From: an uncultured Planctomycetaceae bacterium | GTDB taxonomy: Bacteria; Planctomycetota; Planctomycetia; Pirellulales; PNKZ01 | Direction of reading: 5' to 3' | DNA length: 64,000 nt | NCBI GenBank assembly: GCA_964387325.1 | Contig: CAYLYE010000002.1 | Span: 17,911-81,910, forward strand | Notes under the pieces: model-generated | What the model was told of the DNA's origin: nothing | The model's input: the letters and a program-made list of their open reading frames with translations, nothing else | The model's database searches: none | Shown here: piece by piece, positions 10,073-17,893 of the stretch | Numbering within the stretch: the stretch's first letter is position 1 | Layout: each line of letters begins with the position of its first letter | Translations under genes and position numbers: made by a program

Positions 10073-11587
10073 CTAGGCGCGATCCCAATAGCTATAGTTT
10101 GCCTTGAGCTGCGTCATCGTGAGTGTCACCAAGCCAGGTGCCGAGCCGTTGTTGATGCCCCAAGGGTTGAACAGCGTCACAGTTTGGGCATTGCTGTCGA
10201 CACTCGCGACAACGTACTGGTGATTGCCGACGACCGACTTCAAGCTGGGGGTCGAGGTCGAGGCGAAGCCGATCATTTTTCCGGCCGCGAAAGCGTTCGC
10301 CACCGAAGCAAAGGTGATCGAAGAAGTCGACGCGGTGACCGAGGTCACGTTGGCAATCTGCTTAACAGCCTGCGAGAAGTACCCTCCGGCGACCGCCTGG
10401 TATGAGTTCACGCCATTACCGGGCAGGCCTTGGCGGAGCCAGCCAGCCTCGTTGATCTGGCAGTAAGCTTTCTCAGCCATCGCGACCCAAAGCACGTTGC
10501 TTGAGCTGCTGGCCGTTTGTCCCATATTGGCAAAGACCAACCGACCGCTCGAGACGGGCAGCATCGAGTCGACCGTCACGTAGTCGGCCTTACCGTTATT
10601 ATAGAACCGCACGGTGTAGGTGCCGTCGCCATTGACGGTGAACATGCTTTTGACGGCGTTGGGATTTTTGAGGGCCGCTTCGGCCAGCGTGGCGACGAAG
10701 TAGCAATCTCCCACGGCGCCTTGTTTCACATCGGTGTACACCGGACCATTGCTGGCAAACAATTTGCCCGAGGCATTCGCGTAAGCGAAGGTCGTGGAGT
10801 TGTACTTGGCCAGCGGATGATCGGTTCCCAGGAACCACTTGCTGACCAGCTTGTCGAGTTGTGTTGTGGTCGAAGTGCTAGTCAAGTTGCCGAGCGCGGT
10901 CCCTTGATAGCTCTTATTCGCGGCGTTCCCTTGCACAACGTCCTTGGTCAACACTTTGACGCTGTCGTAAGATCCAAACAGACTGTCAGTCGCGGCGATT
11001 TTAGAGAGGTCGGAATATTCATTCGCTGACATTGTTTTATCAGCGCTCACTTGGCGGAATATGCCCATCATTTCATTGCGATTGATCGCGCTATCGGCAT
11101 TGGCAGCACGCGCGAGGCTACGAATGGCCGCGTCTTTGATGTTGCGATCGTACCAATCGAGTGCCGAACCACCAATGGACGTCACACCGGTTGCCGAGAC
11201 CGCCAGTGCACCGTTACCGCTGAGATACGTATAACTTCCATCGAGTAGCTTGACGTTGTCGAGCCCCGCGCCGGCGTTGAGCGTGATCGACTTGCCGAAT
11301 TTCTGCCCGCTTGTCACCAGCCCATTGAGGCTGACCGCATCGGTGCCCGTGCCGCTATTGATGACGACCGAATTGATGCGCGAGGTGAAGAAGCCGGAGT
11401 TGACGCCATCGATCGAGACCGTGCCGCCTGATTGGCGTAACACGATGCTGTCATCACCGCTGGTGCCGGTGATCGTCAACACTCCCGTACCGCTGAGACT
11501 GGCCACTAGCCCGGCGAGCATCGATCGATCTTCGAGCTTCTCAACGCGAAAACGGAGCCGATTGGCAGGAATCTCTTTGGTTCGCAT
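10073..11587 (-). CDS. secreted calpain-like cysteine protease (peptidase C2 core) with planctomycete 'LEDR' N-terminal motif
   Basis: 504 aa. N-terminus 'RLRFRVEKLEDRSMLAG'. GDD/Gly-rich repeats. C-terminal half carries calpain triad contexts: 'QGAVGDCYFVATLAEAAL' (Cys295), 'GNHQYVV' (His456), 'LFNPWG' (Asn474). Confidence 0.8.
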   Translation of the reverse strand: MRTKEIPANRLRFRVEKLEDRSMLAGLVASLSGTGVLTITGTSGDDSIVLRQSGGTVSIDGVNSGFFTSRINSVVINSGTGTDAVSLNGLVTSGQKFGKSITLNAGAGLDNVKLLDGSYTYLSGNGALAVSATGVTSIGGSALDWYDRNIKDAAIRSLARAANADSAINRNEMMGIFRQVSADKTMSANEYSDLSKIAATDSLFGSYDSVKVLTKDVVQGNAANKSYQGTALGNLTSTSTTTQLDKLVSKWFLGTDHPLAKYNSTTFAYANASGKLFASNGPVYTDVKQGAVGDCYFVATLAEAALKNPNAVKSMFTVNGDGTYTVRFYNNGKADYVTVDSMLPVSSGRLVFANMGQTASSSSNVLWVAMAEKAYCQINEAGWLRQGLPGNGVNSYQAVAGGYFSQAVKQIANVTSVTASTSSITFASVANAFAAGKMIGFASTSTPSLKSVVGNHQYVVASVDSNAQTVTLFNPWGINNGSAPGLVTLTMTQLKANYSYWDRA

Positions 11588-11942
11588 GGTGTGTCCCTTG
11601 GATGCAATAGCTCAGCGCGCAACGGGAGCGCAGACGTTGCGCTCGGGAAGTCGAAAAGAACTGCAATTGACGAGTGTCGGTCGCGACGTCGAATCGTGCG
11701 ACCACGAAGTGATGCCAACAGAAACCGTAGGTCAAGAAGGGCATCGAGGCAAAACGCTGCGTACAAAAACGGCGATTTTCTACGGATTTGAGCAAGACTC
11801 GATTTGAAAATCGGATCAATCGTTACGCGTGGACCGGGCTCGCGAACGGCTCGTGACGAATATGCGCGTCGTTCATGTGATTCGTGCAGGAGGCGGGGGA
11901 GTCGCTGGTCGCTAGTCCAACCGGCCGCGCAGCGATACACTG

Positions 11943-12974
11943 TTGGCGAACTCCTCGACACCACTCGCACGACCCCTTATGGCTGCTAATCTCACTCCCC
12001 AATATCTCAAGGCCGAAGAGCAGTACCGCCGCGCAGCCTCCAAGGAAGAAGAGCTCCGCTGGCTCGAAGTCATGCTGCGCGAGATGCCCAAGCACAAGGC
12101 ATCCGAAAAGCTTCAAATGGACTTGAAGACCAAGATTAGCCGCACGCGCAAAGAGATGGAGAGCGAGAAGAAGTCGGGGGTTGGCAAGGCCGTCGGCGTC
12201 AAGATACCGCGCCAAGGGGCGGGCACGGTGATCGTGCTCGGAGGCCCCAACGCCGGCAAGAGCCAACTACTTGCTTCGCTCACACGCGCCACGCCCGAAG
12301 TGGCCGCATACCCGTTTACGACCCGCACGCCGTTGCCCGGCATGATGCCCTGGGAAGATGTGATGGTGCAGCTCATCGACACGCCGCCGATCACGCGCGA
12401 CGTTTTCGAGCCGTACATGCAGGGACTCATTCGCTCGGCCGACGTGGCGCTGCTGCTCGTCGACTTGGCGGACGACGACGGCGTCGAACATTTGCAAAAT
12501 CTGCTCGCAGTGCTCGGCGAGACCAAGACGCGGCTGGGCAAATCGAGCTTTCTGGACGAAGAGGACGTTGGCCTCTCGTATACGCGCACGCTGGTTGTGC
12601 CAAACAAAATCGACGCCCCCGACGCGGCCGAACGATTGGAACTGCTCCATGAACTCTGCCCACTCGATTTTCCTGAGTACGTCATCTCGGCACAGCAGGG
12701 AACCGGCCTGAACGAACTGAAAAACGCGATCTTTCAAGCCTTGGACGTGATTCGCGTGTACACGAAGAATCCCAAGGCTAAAACGGCTGACTTCGATAGG
12801 CCTTTCACGGTCCGACATGGTGGCACGGTGCTCGACGTGGCCGAGTTGGTGCATAAGGATTTGGCGGCGTCATTCAAGTTTGCCCGGGTCTGGGGGCACG
12901 GTGTCCACGACGGCACGCAGGTCAAAGGAGACCACGTGCTGCACGATCGCGATATTGTCGAGTTGCACACATGA
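11943..12974 (+). CDS. DRG/Rbg-like (Obg-superfamily) GTPase with C-terminal TGS domain
   Basis: 343 aa; an alternative start is Met13 at 11979. N-terminal coiled region 'KHKASEKLQMDLKTKISRTRKEME' (DRG-like), G1 'GGPNAGKS', G2 'YPFTT', G4 'NKID'. TGS-like tail 'IRVYTK....FDRPF.V..G.TV.DVAELVHKDL...FKFARVWG'. The G3 motif reads DTPP, not DxxG. Confidence 0.8.
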   Translation: MANSSTPLARPLMAANLTPQYLKAEEQYRRAASKEEELRWLEVMLREMPKHKASEKLQMDLKTKISRTRKEMESEKKSGVGKAVGVKIPRQGAGTVIVLGGPNAGKSQLLASLTRATPEVAAYPFTTRTPLPGMMPWEDVMVQLIDTPPITRDVFEPYMQGLIRSADVALLLVDLADDDGVEHLQNLLAVLGETKTRLGKSSFLDEEDVGLSYTRTLVVPNKIDAPDAAERLELLHELCPLDFPEYVISAQQGTGLNELKNAIFQALDVIRVYTKNPKAKTADFDRPFTVRHGGTVLDVAELVHKDLAASFKFARVWGHGVHDGTQVKGDHVLHDRDIVELHT

Positions 12975-14677
12975 CCAACGCTGAAATCGCCAATACGTTT
13001 GACGAGGTCGCCGACCTGCTCGAGTTCACCGGCGCCAACCCGTTCCGCATTCGCGCCTACCGTAACGCCGCGCGCATGCTCCGCGACTTGAGCACAAGTG
13101 TCGCGACGATGGTGCTCGAAGAGCATGGACAGCTCACTGAACTGGACGGCATCGGGGAGGATCTAGCCGACAAGATCACGACGCTCGTGAAGACCGGCAG
13201 CCTGCCTCAGTTACAGGAACTGCTGGCCAAGATCCCGGCCTCGGCGCTGACTTTACTGCGCGTGCCAGGCATTGGTCCCAAAAAGGCCGCCGTACTGCTC
13301 AAGGAACTGAAGATCTCGACACTCGACGAGCTGCGCACGGCTTGCGAACAGCATCAAGTTCGCGAGCTCAAGGGATTTGGCGAGAAGACCGAGGAACATA
13401 TCTTGGTTGGCATCGCCCTGGCGAGTGCAGCAGGCGAGCGGATGCTCTGGGCCGACGCCGACACAATCGTACAAGACGTGCTCGCGCACTTGCGTATCTG
13501 CAAATCGATCGAAGAGATCGAGCCAGCCGGGAGCTATCGTCGCGGCAAAGACACCGTCGGCGATTTGGATTTTCTGGTCGTGGCAAACGACCCCACCGAG
13601 GTCATGGACCGGCTCGCCGAGTATCCTAGCGTGGCTGAAGTACTCGGTCGAGGCGAGACGAAAATGTCGGTCCGCTTGCAAAGCGGCGCACAGGTCGACG
13701 TGCGTGTTGTACTCGCCGAGAGCTATGGCGCCGCGCTGCAATACTTCACCGGCTCGAAAGATCACAACGTGATCGTCCGCTCGCGGGCCAAGCAGCAGGG
13801 GCTCAAGATCAACGAATACGGCGTGTTTCGCGGCGAGAAAATGATCGCCGGAAAGACCGAAGCCGATGTGTACGGCGCCTTGGGATTGCCCTGCTTTCCA
13901 CCCGAACTGCGCGAGGCGCGGCAGGAATTTATCTGGGCCGAACAAGGTCAGCTCCCTAAGCTTATCGAGCTGGATGATCTGGTGGGCGACCTACACATGC
14001 ACACGACCGAGACCGACGGCAAGAACTCACTCGAAGAGATGATCGAGGCTGCTCGATCGCGCGGACTCCAGTACATCGCGATCACCGATCACTCGCAACG
14101 GGTGACAATGGCCAACGGACTTGATGCCACCCGCGTACGCAAACAGTGGCGGGCCATCGATCAACTCAACAAACACCTCCGCGGCTTTCACGTGCTCAGG
14201 GGAATCGAGGTCGACATCCTGGAGCGAGGGGGACTCGACCTGGACGACGATGTGCTCTGCGAAGCCGATTGGGTCGTGGCCAGCGTGCATTACGGACAAA
14301 ATCAGCCGCGCGAACAAATCACAGCGCGGATCGTCGAGGCACTGCGCAACCCGAACGTCTCGGCGATCGCGCATCCGACCGGTCGCTTGCTCAATCGGCG
14401 ACAACCCTACGCGGTCGACCTCGAAGAGGTCATGAAGGTGGCTCGCGAGGAAGGAAAGATTCTCGAACTGAACAGCAATCCGCAGCGACTCGATCTGAAT
14501 GACGTCGCCTGTGCCGCGGCCAAGGCACAACGCGTACCGATCGTCATCTCGTCCGATTCTCATAGCGTACACGGTTTTGACGTGTTGCGCTACGGTATCT
14601 TGCAGGCTCGTCGAGCGGGACTGACCAAGCAGGACGTCATCAACACGCTATCGTTTGCCAAGTTTATCAAGCGTTAA
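12971..14677 (+). CDS. polX: family X DNA polymerase with C-terminal PHP domain (PolX)
   Basis: 568 aa. HhH motifs ('LPGIGPKKA'), the nucleotidyltransferase core 'GSYRRGKDTVGDLDFLV' and the PHP domain 'DLHMHTTETDG...ITDHS'. The ATG overlaps the upstream stop (ATGA at 12971-12974). Confidence 0.9.
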   Translation: MTNAEIANTFDEVADLLEFTGANPFRIRAYRNAARMLRDLSTSVATMVLEEHGQLTELDGIGEDLADKITTLVKTGSLPQLQELLAKIPASALTLLRVPGIGPKKAAVLLKELKISTLDELRTACEQHQVRELKGFGEKTEEHILVGIALASAAGERMLWADADTIVQDVLAHLRICKSIEEIEPAGSYRRGKDTVGDLDFLVVANDPTEVMDRLAEYPSVAEVLGRGETKMSVRLQSGAQVDVRVVLAESYGAALQYFTGSKDHNVIVRSRAKQQGLKINEYGVFRGEKMIAGKTEADVYGALGLPCFPPELREARQEFIWAEQGQLPKLIELDDLVGDLHMHTTETDGKNSLEEMIEAARSRGLQYIAITDHSQRVTMANGLDATRVRKQWRAIDQLNKHLRGFHVLRGIEVDILERGGLDLDDDVLCEADWVVASVHYGQNQPREQITARIVEALRNPNVSAIAHPTGRLLNRRQPYAVDLEEVMKVAREEGKILELNSNPQRLDLNDVACAAAKAQRVPIVISSDSHSVHGFDVLRYGILQARRAGLTKQDVINTLSFAKFIKR

Positions 14678-14718
14678 TGCCTTGTGTTGCTCGCCGCGAC
14701 TCGTACACGGCACAGGCG

Positions 14719-16404
14719 TCAATCACTTGCGGCTGAGCTTTTGCGAAGCGCTCGACCTGCCCTCGCTCCGGTGTGCTCGCCTCGGTCGAGCACAAGTTGG
14801 CCATTGACGAGCACATACTCGATTCCTTCGCTGTACTGAAACGGTTCGGTGTATGTGGCCCGATCGATCACCTTGTCCGGAGCGAAGACGGTGACGTCGG
14901 CAACCATTCCCGCACGCAGGAGACCTCGATCGGTGAGACCAATTTTCTGGGCGTTGAGCGACGTCATCTTGCGAATCGCATCTTCGAGCGAGAGCAACCC
15001 GCGCTCACGCACGTACTCACCAAGCACCTTGGGAAAGGTACCGAAGTTGCGTGGATGAGGGTTGCCGCGCCGCAGTGCTCCCGTGATGGAGTACGCTGAG
15101 CCGTCGCTGCCGACCGAGCACCAGGGCTGCGCGAGCGCGCGGTTCATGTCCTCTTCGGTATGATGCGCGAAGACCGTACTCACCGAGCCATGCTCCTCGA
15201 TGAGCAATGCGAAGAGTTCATCGAGCGGGTCGCTCGACGGCTTTCCGGCTGTACGAAGCGCCATGACCCGGTCCATCGTGAGCCCTCGGTAGCGGTTCTC
15301 GGCCGCCACGAGCATCCGACTCCAATCACGCCCCACGGCCGTGTAGTGGTTGTACCAACCGTCGATGCCGCCGGTAATGTCCTGCTTCAGACGCGCTCGC
15401 AGGGCGGGATTTTTGAGCCTCTCGAGCATTGCGGCCGTCCCCCCTTCATGCGCCCAGGGGGGAATAATGCTCGACAGATTGTTGTTGCCGCGTGTGTAAG
15501 GATAGACGTTGGCCTGAACGTTCACGCCCCGCTGGCGAGCCGACTCAATCAGAGCAACGATCTCATTCATCCGCCCCCAACATTGCTCGTCGGCAATCTT
15601 CAGATGGATGATGTCGACCGGCAGTCGGGCTCGTTCGCCAATCGCGATCGCCTCGCGGACCGCATCGAAGACCCCCGTTCCTTCGGTCCGAATGTGCGTA
15701 GAGTAGATACCACCTCGCTTGGCGACCACGCGACAAAATCGGACCAGGTCGTCGGTCGTGGCCAGCGAGCCGGGTGGCATCATCAAATAGGTCGAGAGCC
15801 CCAAGGCTCCGTCTCGCATCGCCTCGTCGACGAATTGCTCCATCTGCACGAACTGGGGCTCGGTCGGACGCTCGAACGAATTGCCCATCACGGACTGCCA
15901 GATATTATTGATGCCAACATACGAGGCAACATTGATCGCAATGCCGGCCCGTTCAAGCGATTCAAAGTACGCGCCGAGCGTGGGCCAGCGTGCTTTGGCG
16001 CTCGAGTCGCTCACGCCTTGCGGTCGCGATCCTTGATTAGGTGCTGCCGAATCACCCTCGCCCAGCACGTCGGTCGTCACCCCTTGGCGTATCTTACTCT
16101 GCGCCGCTCCGTCTTCGAGCAGCAGATAGTCGCTGTGCGAATGGATATCGATGAAGCCGGGGGCTACAATCAGACCGCGAGCGTCGATCGTGCGGCGGGC
16201 TTCGCCTTTAGGCAACTGTCCCACGGCAACGATGCGTCCCGCGCGAATCGCCACGTCGCCGTCATACCACGGGTTGCCCGTACCGTCGACGATCCGGCCA
16301 CCCACAATACGCACATCGTCGACCGTCTGCGCGGCAACAAACGACGAAAGCAGTAACAGCACTGAAAGGACACCCAACATACGTGTAACGCGTGAGCCAT
16401 GCAT
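14719..16404 (-). CDS. N-acyl-D-amino-acid deacylase (D-aminoacylase) family amidohydrolase, secreted
   Basis: 561 aa. Signal peptide 'MLGVLSVLLLLSSFVAAQ'. 'GGRIVDGTGNPWYDGDVAIRAGRIVAVG', the metal-binding 'GFIDIHSHSD' and 'SDGSA' are typical of the D-aminoacylase subgroup. Confidence 0.85.
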   Translation of the reverse strand: MHGSRVTRMLGVLSVLLLLSSFVAAQTVDDVRIVGGRIVDGTGNPWYDGDVAIRAGRIVAVGQLPKGEARRTIDARGLIVAPGFIDIHSHSDYLLLEDGAAQSKIRQGVTTDVLGEGDSAAPNQGSRPQGVSDSSAKARWPTLGAYFESLERAGIAINVASYVGINNIWQSVMGNSFERPTEPQFVQMEQFVDEAMRDGALGLSTYLMMPPGSLATTDDLVRFCRVVAKRGGIYSTHIRTEGTGVFDAVREAIAIGERARLPVDIIHLKIADEQCWGRMNEIVALIESARQRGVNVQANVYPYTRGNNNLSSIIPPWAHEGGTAAMLERLKNPALRARLKQDITGGIDGWYNHYTAVGRDWSRMLVAAENRYRGLTMDRVMALRTAGKPSSDPLDELFALLIEEHGSVSTVFAHHTEEDMNRALAQPWCSVGSDGSAYSITGALRRGNPHPRNFGTFPKVLGEYVRERGLLSLEDAIRKMTSLNAQKIGLTDRGLLRAGMVADVTVFAPDKVIDRATYTEPFQYSEGIEYVLVNGQLVLDRGEHTGARAGRALRKSSAASD

Positions 16405-16483
16405 GATTGTTTCCTTGTTTGAGAAAGCCCAATATAGTTGCCTCGCGGTCTGACCACGAGCATTTTGCGCTGTTCGATCTTCA

Positions 16484-16512
16484 TTGCCTTGCGTAAGGTC
16501 AAGTTCTACAAT
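16484..16512 (+). promoter_or_regulatory. candidate sigma70-type promoter (TTGCCT-17-TACAAT)
   Basis: TTGCCT at 16484-16489, a 17-nt spacer, then TACAAT at 16507-16512, 16 nt upstream of ATG 16528. The implied leader is very short. Confidence 0.3.
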
Positions 16513-16527
16513 GAATGACCTGTACTC

Positions 16528-16971
16528 ATGTACGTTGTTAAATTTGCGAGTGCGATCATGTTGCTGGGCCTACGCGTGTTGCTGCTGCTATTGACGGCCA
16601 TCACGCTTATTTTTCCGGCCAAATGGTGCTGCACGCTGGGGAGCGCTGCCCAGGCATGCTCGCAATCCTGTTGCACTCCGGTTGCGGACACTGCGAAAAA
16701 GTCGTGCTGTGCGTTTTCCACGCAGCACAATACGCAAGCCAACTCGACACTCGTCGCGTCCGATCCCTCAGGAACCGGTTCGTGTACCTGCCAGGGACCC
16801 GTCGTCACAACCATCGAACGATTGAACCGCCCGGACACTTGGGCCGTGTTCTCCTTTACAGCGAGTGTGTTGATGGAGCCCGTCGCTGTCGAAGCGCGCG
16901 CTATTCATTCTGGGCAAATATTCTCGCCTGCCAAACCTTCCCAACCACAGTTGTGTTGTTGGCGCTGCTAA
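16528..16971 (+). CDS. hypothetical Cys-rich membrane-anchored protein
   Basis: 147 aa. N-terminal TM segment (AIMLLGLRVLLLLLTAITLIF) followed by clustered cysteines (WCC, CSQSCC, SCC, CTC, C-terminal LCCWRC). No family recognised. Competing shadow ORFs exist in other frames, so confidence is moderate. Confidence 0.45.
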   Translation: MYVVKFASAIMLLGLRVLLLLLTAITLIFPAKWCCTLGSAAQACSQSCCTPVADTAKKSCCAFSTQHNTQANSTLVASDPSGTGSCTCQGPVVTTIERLNRPDTWAVFSFTASVLMEPVAVEARAIHSGQIFSPAKPSQPQLCCWRC

Positions 16972-17121
16972 TGCGCGCTCCTCCGGCGTTTCTTTAGCCG
17001 GCATGGAACGAAGTTGTTGGTTACAAGCGAAACTCGCTGCGCACATTGAGCTGCGCTGACGATGTTTGTGCTGTCGATCGATCATTTTTGTCACGAATTA
17101 ACCTATCGAGGAGTGTGCTTT

Positions 17122-17529
17122 ATGAACCTGAACTTTTTTGCTCGTCGGACATGGTTGCGAAGCGTATTAGGCGTGGCGGGAGCGACCATGTTGCTCGGCC
17201 GAACCATGCAAGCAGCCGAAGGCAAGGTCTCCAACGGCTGTGTCAAAACGTGTCGTGAGTGTGCAGCTACTTGCAAGAACTGCGACATGTGCTGTCGTGC
17301 GGACAACCCCGTCTGCGCCAAGCAGTGCGAGGCCTGTCATCACATGTGCCTGGCCTGTGCCGCTGCGTGCGAGCAGGGCTTGCCCATCGCGTATGACACG
17401 TGCGTGATGTGCGAGAAGATGTGCATAGCTTGCGCGGAACGCTGCGAGAAGTCGGGCAAGGATTGTTGCAAGATGTGCGCCGAGACGTGCCGCAAATGTG
17501 CGGCGGCGTGCAAGGCGGCCCGCAGCTAA
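17122..17529 (+). CDS. four-helix-bundle Cys-rich copper-binding protein (DUF326 / Csp-like), Tat signal
   Basis: The ORF starts at 17062, but ATG 17122 is preceded by GAGGAG (17108-17113). It opens a twin-arginine signal 'MNLNFFARRTWLRSVLGVAGATMLLGRTMQA'. The mature ~105 aa contain 24 Cys in the repeated CxxxC/CxxC spacing typical of DUF326 (e.g. CRECAATCKNC, CEACHHMCLACAAAC, CEKMCIACAERC, CAETCRKCAAAC). Confidence 0.8.
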   Translation: MNLNFFARRTWLRSVLGVAGATMLLGRTMQAAEGKVSNGCVKTCRECAATCKNCDMCCRADNPVCAKQCEACHHMCLACAAACEQGLPIAYDTCVMCEKMCIACAERCEKSGKDCCKMCAETCRKCAAACKAARS

Positions 17530-17549
17530 TCGAGTGCGGTAAACATAGT

Positions 17550-17590
17550 GACCGGCGCTGTTCGTGGAGAGTAGCGCCGGTCGTGTTTGT
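17550..17590 (+). terminator. intrinsic-terminator-like hairpin after the Csp-like gene
   Basis: Perfect 10-bp inverted repeat GACCGGCGCT (17550-17559) / AGCGCCGGTC (17573-17582) with a 13-nt loop, followed by GTGTTTGT. It begins 21 nt after the stop codon. Confidence 0.5.
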
Positions 17591-17792
17591 CGGGAAGAGC
17601 GTAATAACGCAAGAGGAGTTTTTTCCGCCTGAAAAAAACTTCGCAAAACTGACGTTGTCTGTTTTGCGCGTCGTTTGCTAAGTTCCCTCCGGTGGTCGGA
17701 TGGATTCGATCGCTTGGCGAGGGGACCCAGTGCTGAATGGATTCGGCGCTCCCCCTTTTCTCTTTTCCCTGGCGGGGTAGTCAAGTTGCCGG

Positions 17793-17890
17793 GGGTTATC
17801 GAGGTTCGGGTAATTAAGTTTACAGGACGACCAGCGGGAGTCTGTACATACCGGCCTCGCGATGCTCGGCCTAATAAGCCGATTACCTGA
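17793..17890 (+). repeat. copy 1 of a 98-nt conserved intergenic element (candidate structured RNA, sense = + strand)
   Basis: 81/98 identical to the reverse complement of 33874-33971 in an ungapped hand alignment. Predicted helices: P1 17806-17814 with 17882-17890; P2 17825-17828 with 17840-17843, enclosing a GA/GA internal loop and CC-AGC-GG. Confidence 0.7.
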
Positions 17891-17893
17891 CGA

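Noticed and set aside
15160-16356. 398-aa ORF on the + strand. The same class includes 4381-5214(+), 8512-9198(-), 13253-13945(-), 31306-32106(-), 32854-33813(+), 39032-39736(+), 41210-42142(+), 47881-48798(-), 50047-50931(+), 51915-53012(+) and 60880-61725(-).
   Set aside because: Each lies antisense to, or out of frame with, an ORF that carries clear conserved-domain motifs. Their translations are Arg/Gly/Pro/His-rich with no recognisable motifs, as expected for shadow ORFs in GC-rich DNA.
17801-17815. GGTTCGGGT in the repeat looked like a tRNA T-arm (GGTTCGAAT-like).
   Set aside because: No acceptor stem, D-arm or anticodon arm can be drawn around it, and nothing tRNA-like follows. I found no tRNA or tmRNA-like cloverleaf in any intergenic region of the window.
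17675-17890. 71-aa ORF covering copy 1 of the 98-nt repeat, raising the possibility that the repeat is a small gene.
   Set aside because: In the corresponding frame of copy 2, a TAG lies two codons upstream and there is no start codon. Of about 13 codons that differ between the copies only 1 is synonymous (aa identity ~59% vs nt identity 83%), the opposite of what protein-level selection produces.
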